Source of the DNA: a virus
Lineage: Duplodnaviria; Caudoviricetes
Virus record (IMG/VR): IMGVR_UViG_3300006920_000008
Coordinates: 1-61,031 of that record
DNA: 61,031 nt
Direction: 5' to 3' (one strand)
In this document: piece after piece, positions 37,964 to 48,808 of the stretch
Numbering within the stretch: the stretch's first letter is position 1
Layout: the number at the start of each line of letters is the position of its first letter
Notes under the pieces: generated by a model
The model's input: the letters and a program-made list of their open reading frames with translations, nothing else
Databases searched by the model: none
What the model was told of the DNA's origin: nothing
Position numbers and translations under genes: made by a program

Positions 37964-38887
37964 ATGAGTTATATATCACAATATCAGTATTATGAAAATG
38001 GGGGACTACCTCCTGAAAATGCAAATTGGGGTTCATATCAATATGTCTCTCTTGAAGATATAGTTAACAATTTTATGTTAATGTATGCAGGGAATCATAA
38101 CTTGATAAACAACGAAGAAAGATTTAAAGTTTTGTTTCACGCAAAAAGAGCGATTCAAGAACTGAACTACGATGCATTTAAAGAAATAAAAATATTAGAA
38201 CTAAGTGTCTGTGACACATTGAGATATGTTCTTCCATCAGACTACGTTAATTGGGTGAGAATCTCTTTGTATAGAGATGGCTTATTAATGCCTTTAACAG
38301 AAAATATTCAGACTAATTGGTCCGGTGCTTATTTACAGGATAATGAATGTAGAATATTGTTTGATTTAGACGGCAATGCTTTATCTCCACAATATTCAGA
38401 TTTAGATTACGACAGAATAAAAGGAACTAAACAAAGCATATACTTAAATCAAAACTCAGAGTATTATGGAAAAGCAGGTCATTGTGTAGATGGTGCTTGG
38501 TACTTTGAATATGGAATTGGTGCACGTTATGGTTTAAATACAGAGACTGCAAACGCTAATCCTACTTTTAAAATTAACCCCAAAGGAGGTGTAATTAATT
38601 TTAGTTCAGGTATGTCAGGTGAGTTATGTGTTCTTGAATATGTTTCTGATGGTATGGAGAATGGTGATGATAGTTTAGTTACAGTGAATAAATTATTTGA
38701 AGAGTTTATTTATGCATACATTGAGTTTGCAATACTTAGCACTAAACTTAATACTCAAGAATATATTGTTGCAAGAAAGAGAAAGCGTAAAGCTGCACTC
38801 TTAAGAAATGCAAAAATTAGAATTAGTAACATACATCCCGGAAGACTATTGCAAAACTTAAGGGGTAGAGATAAGTGGCTAAAATAA
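37964..38887 (+). CDS. structural protein (tail tubular/ring-like)
   Basis: Position; LPSDYVNWVRI motif. Confidence 0.6.
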   Translation: MSYISQYQYYENGGLPPENANWGSYQYVSLEDIVNNFMLMYAGNHNLINNEERFKVLFHAKRAIQELNYDAFKEIKILELSVCDTLRYVLPSDYVNWVRISLYRDGLLMPLTENIQTNWSGAYLQDNECRILFDLDGNALSPQYSDLDYDRIKGTKQSIYLNQNSEYYGKAGHCVDGAWYFEYGIGARYGLNTETANANPTFKINPKGGVINFSSGMSGELCVLEYVSDGMENGDDSLVTVNKLFEEFIYAYIEFAILSTKLNTQEYIVARKRKRKAALLRNAKIRISNIHPGRLLQNLRGRDKWLK

Positions 38888-38888
38888 T

Positions 38889-41800
38889 ATGGCGAATATA
38901 ACAAGAAACTTTACCCAAGGTAAAATGAACAAAATGGTTGATGAGCGACTCGTTCCAAACGGGGAGTACATTGATGCATTAAATGTTCGTATGGGTTCAA
39001 CGGAAGGTGCTGAAATAGGGGTTATAGAAAACTCAAAGGGTAATCTATTAATAACCAATATTCAAGTTGATGGTGTTGCATTATCTGCTCAAGCCAAATG
39101 TATAGGTGCTTTTGAGGATGGTGCTTTTGAAACCATTTATTGGATGATACACGACCCTGCATTTACTGATAGCAACACAGGTAAGTTGGACTTAATAGTT
39201 TCTTGGAATTCAAATAATAATATAGTTGTATATCACATTATTAGTAAAGACGATGGTGGCGGTGTAGATACTACATTAAACTTTAATGATGACTATTTAT
39301 TTACAGGAGTTGATAAGGTAGAAAACTTGTTGTTTTTTACAGATAATTATAATCCTCCAAGAAAAATAAATGTACAAAAAAATTATGCAAATCCTGATGC
39401 AAGTGGAGTAGATGGATTTCCTGCAGAAGATATATTGGTTATTAAAAAACCTCCCACTCACGCACCTGATATTTTACTATTACAAACAGGTAGTCAGGAA
39501 AACTTTTTAGAGGAAAGATTTATTTGTTTTGGGTATAGATACAAGTATGATGATGATGAGTATTCGGCTACATCACAGTTTACACCACCTGCTTTTAATC
39601 CGGGACCTTTTCTGTTTTCCGGTGAGAGTTATCTTAATGAGGGTGTGGTTAACATTTATAACACGGCTTTAGTTACGTTTAATACAGGAGGACCTTTAGT
39701 AAAAGGGGTTGACCTTTTGTTCAAAGAGGCTAACAGTCCTGTTATAAAAATCATTGAAAAACTTAATAAGAATGACCAAGGTTATTCAGACTTTCAGGAT
39801 GTAACATACTCTTTTACTAATAGTAAAATTTTTACAATATTACCTGAGGCAGAAGTTTTAAGACTGTATGACAACGTTCCGTTACTTGCTCAAGCATCAA
39901 CCTTAATGGGTAACAGAATTATGTACGGTAACTATGTTGAGGGATATAATATGGTTACAGGAGACGGTAATCCTGTTAGACTTGATTATACAACAGAAGC
40001 AGTTTCAGAATCTTTTGATGACACAGACGTTGAAGGGGAATCTTTTAATGTTAACTACACAATAGATGGCTCTCAAACAATAAACGATGCAGGTTTAGAA
40101 TATGACTTTCAAGGAGTTGATTTAGTAGAGGGTGCTACAATAACAGTGTTATGTACATTTGAACACGCATCCTTTAGTGGTGGAACAACACCTGTTGAAA
40201 CAAATGAAGAACTACTATTTCAGTATACTTTCTTGCTACAACAAGATTATGCAAGTGTGTATGAATGGGGAATAAGTAGTATTACATTAGGTCAATTAGG
40301 TACTTCATTACCCGGTGGTAATATTCAGCCTATGGCTACTCGAGATGATGGTAGCACAATGACAGATGCTTTTAATAGATTATTTAAACCTGACTTAGAC
40401 GGAACAGAACTTATTTATCAAAGTGGTATAAGTGCAGTAGAACAAGCTATTCAGCTTGATGTAACTCCGGGTTCTAATATTGTTAAATTTAGATTTCCTG
40501 CTGCTCAATATGCTTCGCCTGATATTGTAACACCTACAACTATAACAACTGAATATTTTAAAGCAGTTGATGTAGAACTTTTATATAACAAATTAGGTTC
40601 AGGAGAAAGTCTACATAGTAACAGAGGGTATGAGGTTGGTATTATTTATATGGATGAGTTTAATCGTTCAACACCTGCATTGGTTAGCCAATATAATACA
40701 ACTCATTTTTCCTGTGATGACTCTGATACTGCTAACAGTATATATGTTAATATACCAACATCACAAATTGCTCCATTTTGGGCAACAAATTATAAGTTTG
40801 CTATAAAGCCTGATAGAGAAACATATGAAACAATTTATTCAAGCATATTCTTTACCGACCCACAAGATAGTCAAACGTACTTTTTACTTCAAGGAGAAAA
40901 CTCTCAAAAGATTACAGAGGGTCAAAGACTGATTGTAAAGAGAGATGTTGATGGTCCAACTTCAGGTTGTGTATTTGCTACTGTTCTTGAAAAAGATGCT
41001 AAGCAAAAAGACTTTATAGAGGTAGCATCCGAGGCAGACCCAACTACGAATCTTCCTATTCCTTCAGGAACTTATATGAAGATTAAGGCTAATTCGTTTG
41101 GAGTTCAGCAAGGAGAGAATGCAGTTGTAGATTATGGTTGTAAAAGCGAAACGAGAAAATCATCAGGTAGTTACCCACAGGTTAATTATCCGGTAACCTT
41201 ATCTCAGCCGGACCCTAATATTCCCGGCTCTACAAATACAGATTACACCATTCCTGCAAACTCAAGAGTTACTTTTGACATAGAGGTTAAAAGAAGAGGT
41301 TCGGGGAATAAGTGTGAGGGTAGAAGATGGAACTTAGAAAAAACTGCAGTTGCTTCTCAAGATTACGACAACTTTCAAGAATGGTTTGAGGGAGATAATA
41401 TAAAAGATGTATTAGCACTTGGTGTTAGTAGTATTGGTAATCCGGGAAGTGGTTGTGATTTTGATACAGATTATGTAGGTACAACTACAGGTTCTCTTCC
41501 TCAAGATTTGTGTACAATATATTTTGGGTTTTATAGAAACTCTTCTACAAACCAATTGTATTTTCAAACAAGAGGTACAAGAGCGTGTGGTAGCACTAAG
41601 AAAAGAAGGTCTTCTTTAAAAGTTTGTATTACTGTTTTTAGAGCAGAGAATACTTGTGTTTTTGAAAGTGAGCCACTTGATGCATCACCGGATATTTGGT
41701 ATGAAGGTTCAGAAACATTTAGTGTTATTAGAGGAAACAACATATGTAATTTCACAATAGAGAATGACGACATAAACGATGTGGTATTTGACTACGTTGA

Positions 41801-43538
41801 TATTAATGGGTCACCTCAGCAGGTTTTAGTTACAGGCAATTCGGCAGGTTCAGGAACCACAATAACATTAGCTGCAGAATGTGGTAGTGTTAGTATAAAC
41901 CCTTCAACACCACCGTTTGACCCGACAGATATAAATATAGGTTCAACCCCAATACCGGCAGGTACACACTTAGGTAATATTCAAAACCAAGTAATATCAA
42001 CTAATCAACCTGCAATAATTGATTCAAAGTTTTTTAATTGTTATGCGTTTGGAAATGGTGTTGAAAGCTATAAAATTAGAGACAGTGTAATTGGCAAGGA
42101 TTTTAAACTTGGGAATAGAGTAACTTCTACAGAGGCTATAGACTATTCAAGAGTTCGAAGAGGAGCAGATATTACTTACAGTGGTATTTACAATGATGAA
42201 TCAAACGTAAATAGACTTAATGAATTTAACGGAGGATTACTAAACTTTAAAGCTTTAGAAGAATCATTTGGTCCTATTCAAAAATTATTTGCAAGAGAGA
42301 CTGATGTACTAACATTGCAAGAGGATAAGATATCCTATGTTCTTCAGGGAAAGAATCTATTGTCAGATGCAGGTGCAGGTAACTTATTACAATCGGTCCC
42401 TGAGGTTTTAGGAACTCAAATAGCAAGAATAGAAGAGTTTGGCATTAGTCACAACCCTGAAAGTTTTGCTAAATGGGGTCCCGATAAATATTTTACTGAT
42501 GCTAAGCGTGGTGCAGTTTTAAAACTCAGTGGAACAAGTTACCAAAACGACAGTCTTGAAACTATATCAGGATATGGTATGCGTACTTGGTTTAGAGATT
42601 TGTTTAACACACAATTTGAAACTCAAAAGTTAGGAGGGTTTGACCCTTATATGAATGAGTACGTTTTAAATTCAAATAAAGAATTAATTCCTGTGGAAAA
42701 AGAATGTGTGGCTTGTGGTGTGTCACAACAACTTACAATTCTTGCTTCACAAGATTTTGATGCTTGTTTTGAAATGGGAGAGGTTATAGGACCTGTTGAA
42801 ATAGTTTGGGATGTTGCTCAAATCAGTGGAACGTTTGATGTTATTATTGAGTATAATGGTAACACCACAACTGTATCTAATGAGAATTCAAGTGGAAGTG
42901 TAGTTATTCAGAAAAATGTGATTTCAGTTACTGAAATAAATGTAACAATAAGTTCTACTAATGCAGTAACCTTAACCCTAAATGTTCCTTGTCCTGATGC
43001 AAAAACAATAACCGTTATAGAGGTTGTTGCCACAAGTGCAAATGAATCAGGTTTGGATATTCATACTCAGTTTAGATACGTTGATGGTACTTTTGTTTCT
43101 CCATTAACATCTACGTTAGTTCAGTTTGACTCGGGTGCAGGTAATCCTGTAGTTAGTTATTATAATGTGGTTTCAGGTCAGCAAGGTAATGGAGCAATTC
43201 CAACAACAGGTTCTACTGTAAAAATGTTATGGAACAAGTTTGTTACAGATACTGCAGTTTGGGATAACAATACTAATAAACTTAGATATCTCAGAACTGC
43301 TGATAACTTTGCAAACACATCACAATCAATAGCTGCATTAATACCACAGTGTACTACTTTGGTTACTGACACTTCGGGTCAACCAAATGTTTATACAGGT
43401 GAATTCACAATGCCGGGTGGTAGTGATGGAGATTATTTGTATTTAGTATGGGATTTAAGAAAACCAACTGCAATAGATTTATGTAAAGGTAACGACCTAT
43501 TAGGTGCTTGTTGTGGTTGTAACGAATCACCTGATTAA
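38889..43538 (+). CDS. tail stabilisation/nozzle-like protein
   Basis: 1549 aa; MNKMVDERLVPNGEYIDALN N-terminus; YFTDAKRGAVLKL, LGGFDPY. Confidence 0.7.
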   Translation: MANITRNFTQGKMNKMVDERLVPNGEYIDALNVRMGSTEGAEIGVIENSKGNLLITNIQVDGVALSAQAKCIGAFEDGAFETIYWMIHDPAFTDSNTGKLDLIVSWNSNNNIVVYHIISKDDGGGVDTTLNFNDDYLFTGVDKVENLLFFTDNYNPPRKINVQKNYANPDASGVDGFPAEDILVIKKPPTHAPDILLLQTGSQENFLEERFICFGYRYKYDDDEYSATSQFTPPAFNPGPFLFSGESYLNEGVVNIYNTALVTFNTGGPLVKGVDLLFKEANSPVIKIIEKLNKNDQGYSDFQDVTYSFTNSKIFTILPEAEVLRLYDNVPLLAQASTLMGNRIMYGNYVEGYNMVTGDGNPVRLDYTTEAVSESFDDTDVEGESFNVNYTIDGSQTINDAGLEYDFQGVDLVEGATITVLCTFEHASFSGGTTPVETNEELLFQYTFLLQQDYASVYEWGISSITLGQLGTSLPGGNIQPMATRDDGSTMTDAFNRLFKPDLDGTELIYQSGISAVEQAIQLDVTPGSNIVKFRFPAAQYASPDIVTPTTITTEYFKAVDVELLYNKLGSGESLHSNRGYEVGIIYMDEFNRSTPALVSQYNTTHFSCDDSDTANSIYVNIPTSQIAPFWATNYKFAIKPDRETYETIYSSIFFTDPQDSQTYFLLQGENSQKITEGQRLIVKRDVDGPTSGCVFATVLEKDAKQKDFIEVASEADPTTNLPIPSGTYMKIKANSFGVQQGENAVVDYGCKSETRKSSGSYPQVNYPVTLSQPDPNIPGSTNTDYTIPANSRVTFDIEVKRRGSGNKCEGRRWNLEKTAVASQDYDNFQEWFEGDNIKDVLALGVSSIGNPGSGCDFDTDYVGTTTGSLPQDLCTIYFGFYRNSSTNQLYFQTRGTRACGSTKKRRSSLKVCITVFRAENTCVFESEPLDASPDIWYEGSETFSVIRGNNICNFTIENDDINDVVFDYVDINGSPQQVLVTGNSAGSGTTITLAAECGSVSINPSTPPFDPTDINIGSTPIPAGTHLGNIQNQVISTNQPAIIDSKFFNCYAFGNGVESYKIRDSVIGKDFKLGNRVTSTEAIDYSRVRRGADITYSGIYNDESNVNRLNEFNGGLLNFKALEESFGPIQKLFARETDVLTLQEDKISYVLQGKNLLSDAGAGNLLQSVPEVLGTQIARIEEFGISHNPESFAKWGPDKYFTDAKRGAVLKLSGTSYQNDSLETISGYGMRTWFRDLFNTQFETQKLGGFDPYMNEYVLNSNKELIPVEKECVACGVSQQLTILASQDFDACFEMGEVIGPVEIVWDVAQISGTFDVIIEYNGNTTTVSNENSSGSVVIQKNVISVTEINVTISSTNAVTLTLNVPCPDAKTITVIEVVATSANESGLDIHTQFRYVDGTFVSPLTSTLVQFDSGAGNPVVSYYNVVSGQQGNGAIPTTGSTVKMLWNKFVTDTAVWDNNTNKLRYLRTADNFANTSQSIAALIPQCTTLVTDTSGQPNVYTGEFTMPGGSDGDYLYLVWDLRKPTAIDLCKGNDLLGACCGCNESPD

Positions 43539-43549
43539 AATTAAATATT

Positions 43550-44710
43550 ATGGCAATATATTACATAGACGGAACAACACTAAGCAACTCAACTGCGGTA
43601 TACACAGACCCCACGTTGGCTAATTATGCACCTGCTGCTTTTTATTCAGATGGTGTGGTTTCAAGAGAGCAAGTCCCTGTAGGCAATTTTTTTGAATTAT
43701 TACCTCCTCAAATTTGTCCTACTTGTGCTACTCCTTGCGGAACTTCCATAGCAGCATCAGGTGGTGAAGGTATTTATAGGTTAGACGTAGATACGGGAGG
43801 AACTGCTACAGATACGGGTGCTATAGTTATAACGTTTGACCCTGCAAATGTGCCTGACGGTATTAAAGTTATTTATGACGGAACAACTTACAATAAATTA
43901 AGTTCACCACAGTTTGGTTTGTTACAATCAGGAACTGCAGGAGTGCCAACATTCATAGGTTCAACAGGAAGTCAAGGTGGTTGTGGTGGTGCGATAGAAG
44001 GAAATTACAATCTTACAGTTTATGAATACTCAGGTTCTTCATTTGTTAATACAGGGAATTCTGAGACTGTAATTATAAACGCACCTCAAAACCAACTAAC
44101 TGCAGGTGGTCCGGGTGATTGTGTTATGGTTGTGCCAAAACCAAACCCATCTCCTACTGTTGTAAATGTAGAGGTTATAGGACCTTGTGGTGGAACTGTT
44201 TGGAGTATTGATGTTAAATGTCCTGTAGAAATACCTAAACTTCTTGCAGGGTACAATTCAAACCAAGAACAAGCTTGTGCTGAAATTTTAGACCAATATG
44301 TTTATCACGTTCCGGTAAATGGTCAATCATCTCAAAACAATGTGTTTGTTCACGATTATATTTTTGCGGATAATAACGGTGCAGTATCCGTAAATGATGG
44401 GTGGTATTTACATCCTACCGGATACATCTATAGGGTACAAAGCGGTGTAGTTACAGACAAGCAAAGCAACTACTGTAATACTATTACATTAGAAGATTGT
44501 ACTACAGGTCAACTTTGGACAATGAATGACAGATTTAACACTAATGTTGTCGGTGAGGTTATTCAGTATAAAAGAGTAAATTTAGTAACCCAAGAAGTTG
44601 AAACAACTATTTACTGTGGTGAAATAACCTCTACAGGTAGTGGTTCGACAAATGCACAACAAGTAAGTCCAATAAGCAGAGCCTGTGATGACACAGTACA
44701 CTGTCCATAA
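43550..44710 (+). CDS. Cys-containing structural protein
   Basis: 386 aa, G/T/C-rich. Confidence 0.65.
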   Translation: MAIYYIDGTTLSNSTAVYTDPTLANYAPAAFYSDGVVSREQVPVGNFFELLPPQICPTCATPCGTSIAASGGEGIYRLDVDTGGTATDTGAIVITFDPANVPDGIKVIYDGTTYNKLSSPQFGLLQSGTAGVPTFIGSTGSQGGCGGAIEGNYNLTVYEYSGSSFVNTGNSETVIINAPQNQLTAGGPGDCVMVVPKPNPSPTVVNVEVIGPCGGTVWSIDVKCPVEIPKLLAGYNSNQEQACAEILDQYVYHVPVNGQSSQNNVFVHDYIFADNNGAVSVNDGWYLHPTGYIYRVQSGVVTDKQSNYCNTITLEDCTTGQLWTMNDRFNTNVVGEVIQYKRVNLVTQEVETTIYCGEITSTGSGSTNAQQVSPISRACDDTVHCP

Positions 44711-44720
44711 AATATAAAAT

Positions 44721-45542
44721 ATGAGTAATCAAGTAAATAAGGATACGATATACACATTAACCTATGATAATGGAGTTAAAGGATTTCCATCTTTTTATTC
44801 ATATTATCCGGATTGGATGATTGGTATGAACAATTATTTCTATACGTTTAAGGGGGGTAATCTTTATCGACATAATACAAACCCTGTAAGAAATAGATAC
44901 TATGGTGTAAACTATCCATCTATAATGCAATCTGTATTCAATGACATACCCTTAGAAAATAAACTTTTTAAAACAATAAACTTAGAGGGGGATGATAGTT
45001 GGGGTACAATATTAATTAGTGACCAACAAGACGATGGCTTTATATTAAAAGATTGGTACGAAGAAAAGGAAGGTGCTTTTTTTGCTTTTGTTAGAAACAA
45101 TGGAACAACACCGGCTCAATTAAGCGAGTATGCTTTACGTTCTTTAAATGGTATAGGTACAAGTGCAGACATCGTTGTGACAGGTTCAACCACAACTGTT
45201 TCTTTCCCTGTAACTATGCCTATAGGCAGTATAATATCTGTAGGTTCTCCACTAAACAATGATGGTGATATGCTTTATTTTGGTGCACCTTTACCAACAT
45301 TATTGGGTAGAATAATTGAGGTCAATCAAGACTTCCCTGCAGGTATAAATAATATAGTTGTAGATAACTCAATAGGTGTTCCTGCTCCGAGCACAACTGA
45401 ATATATTTTGTATATAAAAAACTCAGTTGCTGAGTCTCACGGAATACTTGGACACTATGGTGTATTCACGTTAACTAATAATAATACAGATAAGGTTGAA
45501 TTGTTTTCAGTAGAAAGCGAAGTAATGAAATCATTCCCTTAA
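44721..45542 (+). CDS. structural protein
   Basis: 273 aa; GFPSFYSYYPD, KLFKTINLEG. Confidence 0.65.
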   Translation: MSNQVNKDTIYTLTYDNGVKGFPSFYSYYPDWMIGMNNYFYTFKGGNLYRHNTNPVRNRYYGVNYPSIMQSVFNDIPLENKLFKTINLEGDDSWGTILISDQQDDGFILKDWYEEKEGAFFAFVRNNGTTPAQLSEYALRSLNGIGTSADIVVTGSTTTVSFPVTMPIGSIISVGSPLNNDGDMLYFGAPLPTLLGRIIEVNQDFPAGINNIVVDNSIGVPAPSTTEYILYIKNSVAESHGILGHYGVFTLTNNNTDKVELFSVESEVMKSFP

Positions 45543-45563
45543 ATTTCTTATCTTTGTTGTTGA

Positions 45564-45977
45564 ATGATATTTGATATAAGACCACTTAATTCAGATGATT
45601 ATGACACCATCCTTGTAGATTGGTGGAAAGATTGGGGGTGGACACCTCCTCCAAAAGACTTTCTACCTCAAGAAGGAACAGGTGGGATGATGGTATTAGA
45701 CCCTGACGGAACACCAATTTGTGCAGGTTTTATATACATAACTAATTCGAATGTAAGTCTTATAGAGTTTATGGTGTCAAGTAAAAAATATAGAAAAAAA
45801 CCACATAGAAAAAATGCTATGGGTTTGTTGATTGAAACGTTAACAAATGTAAGTAAAAGAAATGGTGCTAAATATTGCTACTCTTTGTTAAAACATAAAT
45901 CTTTAATGGGCACTTTTGAATCATTGGGATATGTTAAAGGAGATTCTAATACTTATGAAATGATAAAAAACTTATAA
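45564..45977 (+). CDS. GNAT-fold acetyltransferase-like protein
   Basis: IRPL..DDY, ICAGFIY, FESLGY; sits before the ejection proteins; TATCTTTG at 45549. Confidence 0.55.
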   Translation: MIFDIRPLNSDDYDTILVDWWKDWGWTPPPKDFLPQEGTGGMMVLDPDGTPICAGFIYITNSNVSLIEFMVSSKKYRKKPHRKNAMGLLIETLTNVSKRNGAKYCYSLLKHKSLMGTFESLGYVKGDSNTYEMIKNL

Positions 45978-45980
45978 ATT

Positions 45981-46796
45981 ATGGCAGCAGCAACGGCAAT
46001 AGCAGCAGCAGGTTTAGCGGTATCCATAGGGACTACTGCGGTATCCTTCTCTCAAGCAAGTAAACAAAGAAAGGCTCAACAACAAGCAGAAATTGATGCA
46101 GACAAAGCAATGGCAGAAGCAAGAGGAAAACTCGATGTAAATTTTGCGGAGCAAATGTCTATCAAAAAAGAAGCTTATGATAATGAGCGTGAGGCTTTAT
46201 TAGTACAGGGTGCTATGGCAACTCAAGCAGGTATCGAAAGTGAAAGAGGCTCGGCTGCTTCTGCAGGTAGAGTTTATGCTGCACAACAGGCAGGACAAGC
46301 ACAGGTAAGAGGTGCTATGGCTGATGAGATGACAAACATCGAAAACGCTATTATAGAAGAAGATTCAAGGCTAAGAGATTTAGATGTAGCATTAGATTTA
46401 GAAGAGGTAGCAGGTAATCAACAAAAAGCTGCTGATGCTCAGAGAGCAGCAGAGATGGCTAAGCAACAAGGTATTCAAGGTATTATGAACACTGCACAAC
46501 AAGCAGCAGCGTTTGTTCCTTTATATGGTCAGAACACTGCAGCACAGAGAGCGGCAGTTGGTCAAATTGATAACATAGATGCCAATACATTTGCAGCAAA
46601 AGGAACAGGAGCAACTTTTCAGGACCCTGCTGCAATTGCTGCTATGAGTAACAAAGACTTTAGAGTGTATAAAAGAAGTTTAAGTGATGCTCAGAGTAAT
46701 ATGTTGTTTCAAAACCAACAATATATAAATGCATACTCTAATCCTTTTAATGCATATCTTGGAAATACTGCTGCGGTTACAGGAGCACCGAAATAA
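45981..46796 (+). CDS. putative internal virion/ejection protein
   Basis: Ala/Gly-rich hydrophobic N-terminus plus Q/A coiled coil. Confidence 0.65.
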   Translation: MAAATAIAAAGLAVSIGTTAVSFSQASKQRKAQQQAEIDADKAMAEARGKLDVNFAEQMSIKKEAYDNEREALLVQGAMATQAGIESERGSAASAGRVYAAQQAGQAQVRGAMADEMTNIENAIIEEDSRLRDLDVALDLEEVAGNQQKAADAQRAAEMAKQQGIQGIMNTAQQAAAFVPLYGQNTAAQRAAVGQIDNIDANTFAAKGTGATFQDPAAIAAMSNKDFRVYKRSLSDAQSNMLFQNQQYINAYSNPFNAYLGNTAAVTGAPK

Positions 46797-46810
46797 ACTA
46801 AAACTAAGAA

Positions 46811-48799
46811 ATGGCAACAGCATATAAATACGTTGAAAGACAAGCAGAGGACAATATTAATTGGGCAGAAGTTGGTAGCAACTTTAATAATATGCTCAAA
46901 GAGGAGATGCGTGTCCGAGAGGAAAAGAAAGCTGCCATTGATGAAGCCTCAAGAGAATATCAGAGAGTTTTAAATAATGTTCCTCAAGGTGAAAACCAAG
47001 ACTTAAATGGATTTGCAATTGGATTTGCTGATGACCTACAAAAACAAATGTTGATGCAAGAGACTTTGTTAAAAAGTGGTCAATTAACTCCTAAGAAATA
47101 CACGATGATGAGGCAAAACTTAACCGATGGAACTGACCAAGGTTTTAGTTTACTTCAAGATTATAATGATGAGTATACCAAAAAGATGGATATGCTATCG
47201 TCAGAACTTCCGTATGGTGAACAGTTATCTGAAATTGATTTGCAGATTATGGCAAATGTTGAGGGGTTCTCAAACTTTAATAATTCAAAATTAGTTATTA
47301 ATCCCGAGACAGGTTTAGTATCTATGGGTAAAATGATTGACGATGGTAAGGGTGGAAAAATGCTTGACCCTAACCGAAACAATTTGGTTTCAGTACAAAA
47401 TTTAAAAAACAGAATAAAAACATCAATTACTAAATATGATGTTGTTGGTAATGCTAAGGATTGGACAAACTCCTTAGGTCAAGATATAAAAGCAACTGTT
47501 CAAAGTATGGGTACAACATATACTGCAGGTACTTTAAAAACAATTGAAGACATAAGACAAAGAGAAGGTGGCTATGCCGGAATGGATGACAAAAAATTAG
47601 CAGCACTTGCTGCAGAAATGGGAGTCAAGCCAAGTGATTTGAAGGCATTAAGTTTATGGGAAGAGTCTTCTAAAACTTGGGCACAAGGTCAATTGCAAAG
47701 CGGCTCGTTTAACGGAGCATCTATCCTTATGGATTTTAATAAAGCCACTCCCGATGGTCAGCAGTATACAACCACGTTTGATGAGGCTGAGACTTTAGAT
47801 GCTAATGGCAAGAGAAAGCAAAATGTAATTTTGTTGAAATCAGAAAATGGTCGTACTGTTACAGATATGACAGACGAACAAAATGCAGTTGCTGCAAGAA
47901 CATTAGCCGCTCAAGCAGAGATGCAAATTGACTACAAGGAAAAAGTAGATACAGAAAGAATGAAGTTTGAGGCAAGACCTAAAACTCCAACCGAAGATGC
48001 AAATAATAAAAAAGCACAAGAAGACAAATCTGTAGTAGGTAACTTTGCTAAGCTTTGGTATGGTAATGATACAGAGGTTAAGGAGGCAGAAGATTTCCTA
48101 AGAAGTCTTAACTCTGACATCGTATCTTTTGATAGGGATGGAACATCAGTTGTTGTTGAATTTTCAGATGGCAGAAGTGAAACGCTTTCATTTACAGATG
48201 ATGCAGGGGTACGAGTAGACCAAGCTTCATTTATAAAAGGTAACGTAAATAAAATATTGTCCGAGGACAATAAAATAAAAGATGTAGATGCTACCCTTAA
48301 AAAATCTAAATTTGACCAAGACAGAGAGTTTAATGAAAAATCAGTAGGCTTTAGTGCAGGTACTGATGCAGATACTAAGGAACCTCTTCAGAAAGCGTTT
48401 GAACGAGTTATAAAGAAAGAGAATCCTATTCCAAAAGGTGCAATTAAACTTGATGACAAAAATGCTTCTGTGCCCGGTGTACAAGCATTTGTAAATTCAC
48501 TTCCGGGTCTTTCAGGTAAGTATACTGTTAGAGCAGGAGGATGGGGTACAGATGATTATATTGAAATAGTAGATGCAAAAGGTAATGTGGTGGTTAAATC
48601 TCCTGATTTTAGTTCAAGCTATCCACCTGATTCTTGGTGGCAATCTATTTATGATTTGTCTACTAATCAAACCTCAATGGAAGATAAGGGTTTAATTACA
48701 CAAGGAAAAAGAAAAACCATAAAGGCAACAACAAAAACAAGTAAGAAACAAGCAGCAGCAGCCGCCAACAATAACGCAGGTGGTGGAACATCAAGATAA
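46811..48799 (+). CDS. putative internal virion/ejection protein
   Basis: 662 aa; position between the ejection-like gene and the giant gene. Confidence 0.6.
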   Translation: MATAYKYVERQAEDNINWAEVGSNFNNMLKEEMRVREEKKAAIDEASREYQRVLNNVPQGENQDLNGFAIGFADDLQKQMLMQETLLKSGQLTPKKYTMMRQNLTDGTDQGFSLLQDYNDEYTKKMDMLSSELPYGEQLSEIDLQIMANVEGFSNFNNSKLVINPETGLVSMGKMIDDGKGGKMLDPNRNNLVSVQNLKNRIKTSITKYDVVGNAKDWTNSLGQDIKATVQSMGTTYTAGTLKTIEDIRQREGGYAGMDDKKLAALAAEMGVKPSDLKALSLWEESSKTWAQGQLQSGSFNGASILMDFNKATPDGQQYTTTFDEAETLDANGKRKQNVILLKSENGRTVTDMTDEQNAVAARTLAAQAEMQIDYKEKVDTERMKFEARPKTPTEDANNKKAQEDKSVVGNFAKLWYGNDTEVKEAEDFLRSLNSDIVSFDRDGTSVVVEFSDGRSETLSFTDDAGVRVDQASFIKGNVNKILSEDNKIKDVDATLKKSKFDQDREFNEKSVGFSAGTDADTKEPLQKAFERVIKKENPIPKGAIKLDDKNASVPGVQAFVNSLPGLSGKYTVRAGGWGTDDYIEIVDAKGNVVVKSPDFSSSYPPDSWWQSIYDLSTNQTSMEDKGLITQGKRKTIKATTKTSKKQAAAAANNNAGGGTSR

Positions 48800-48808
48800 T
48801 ATAAAGGT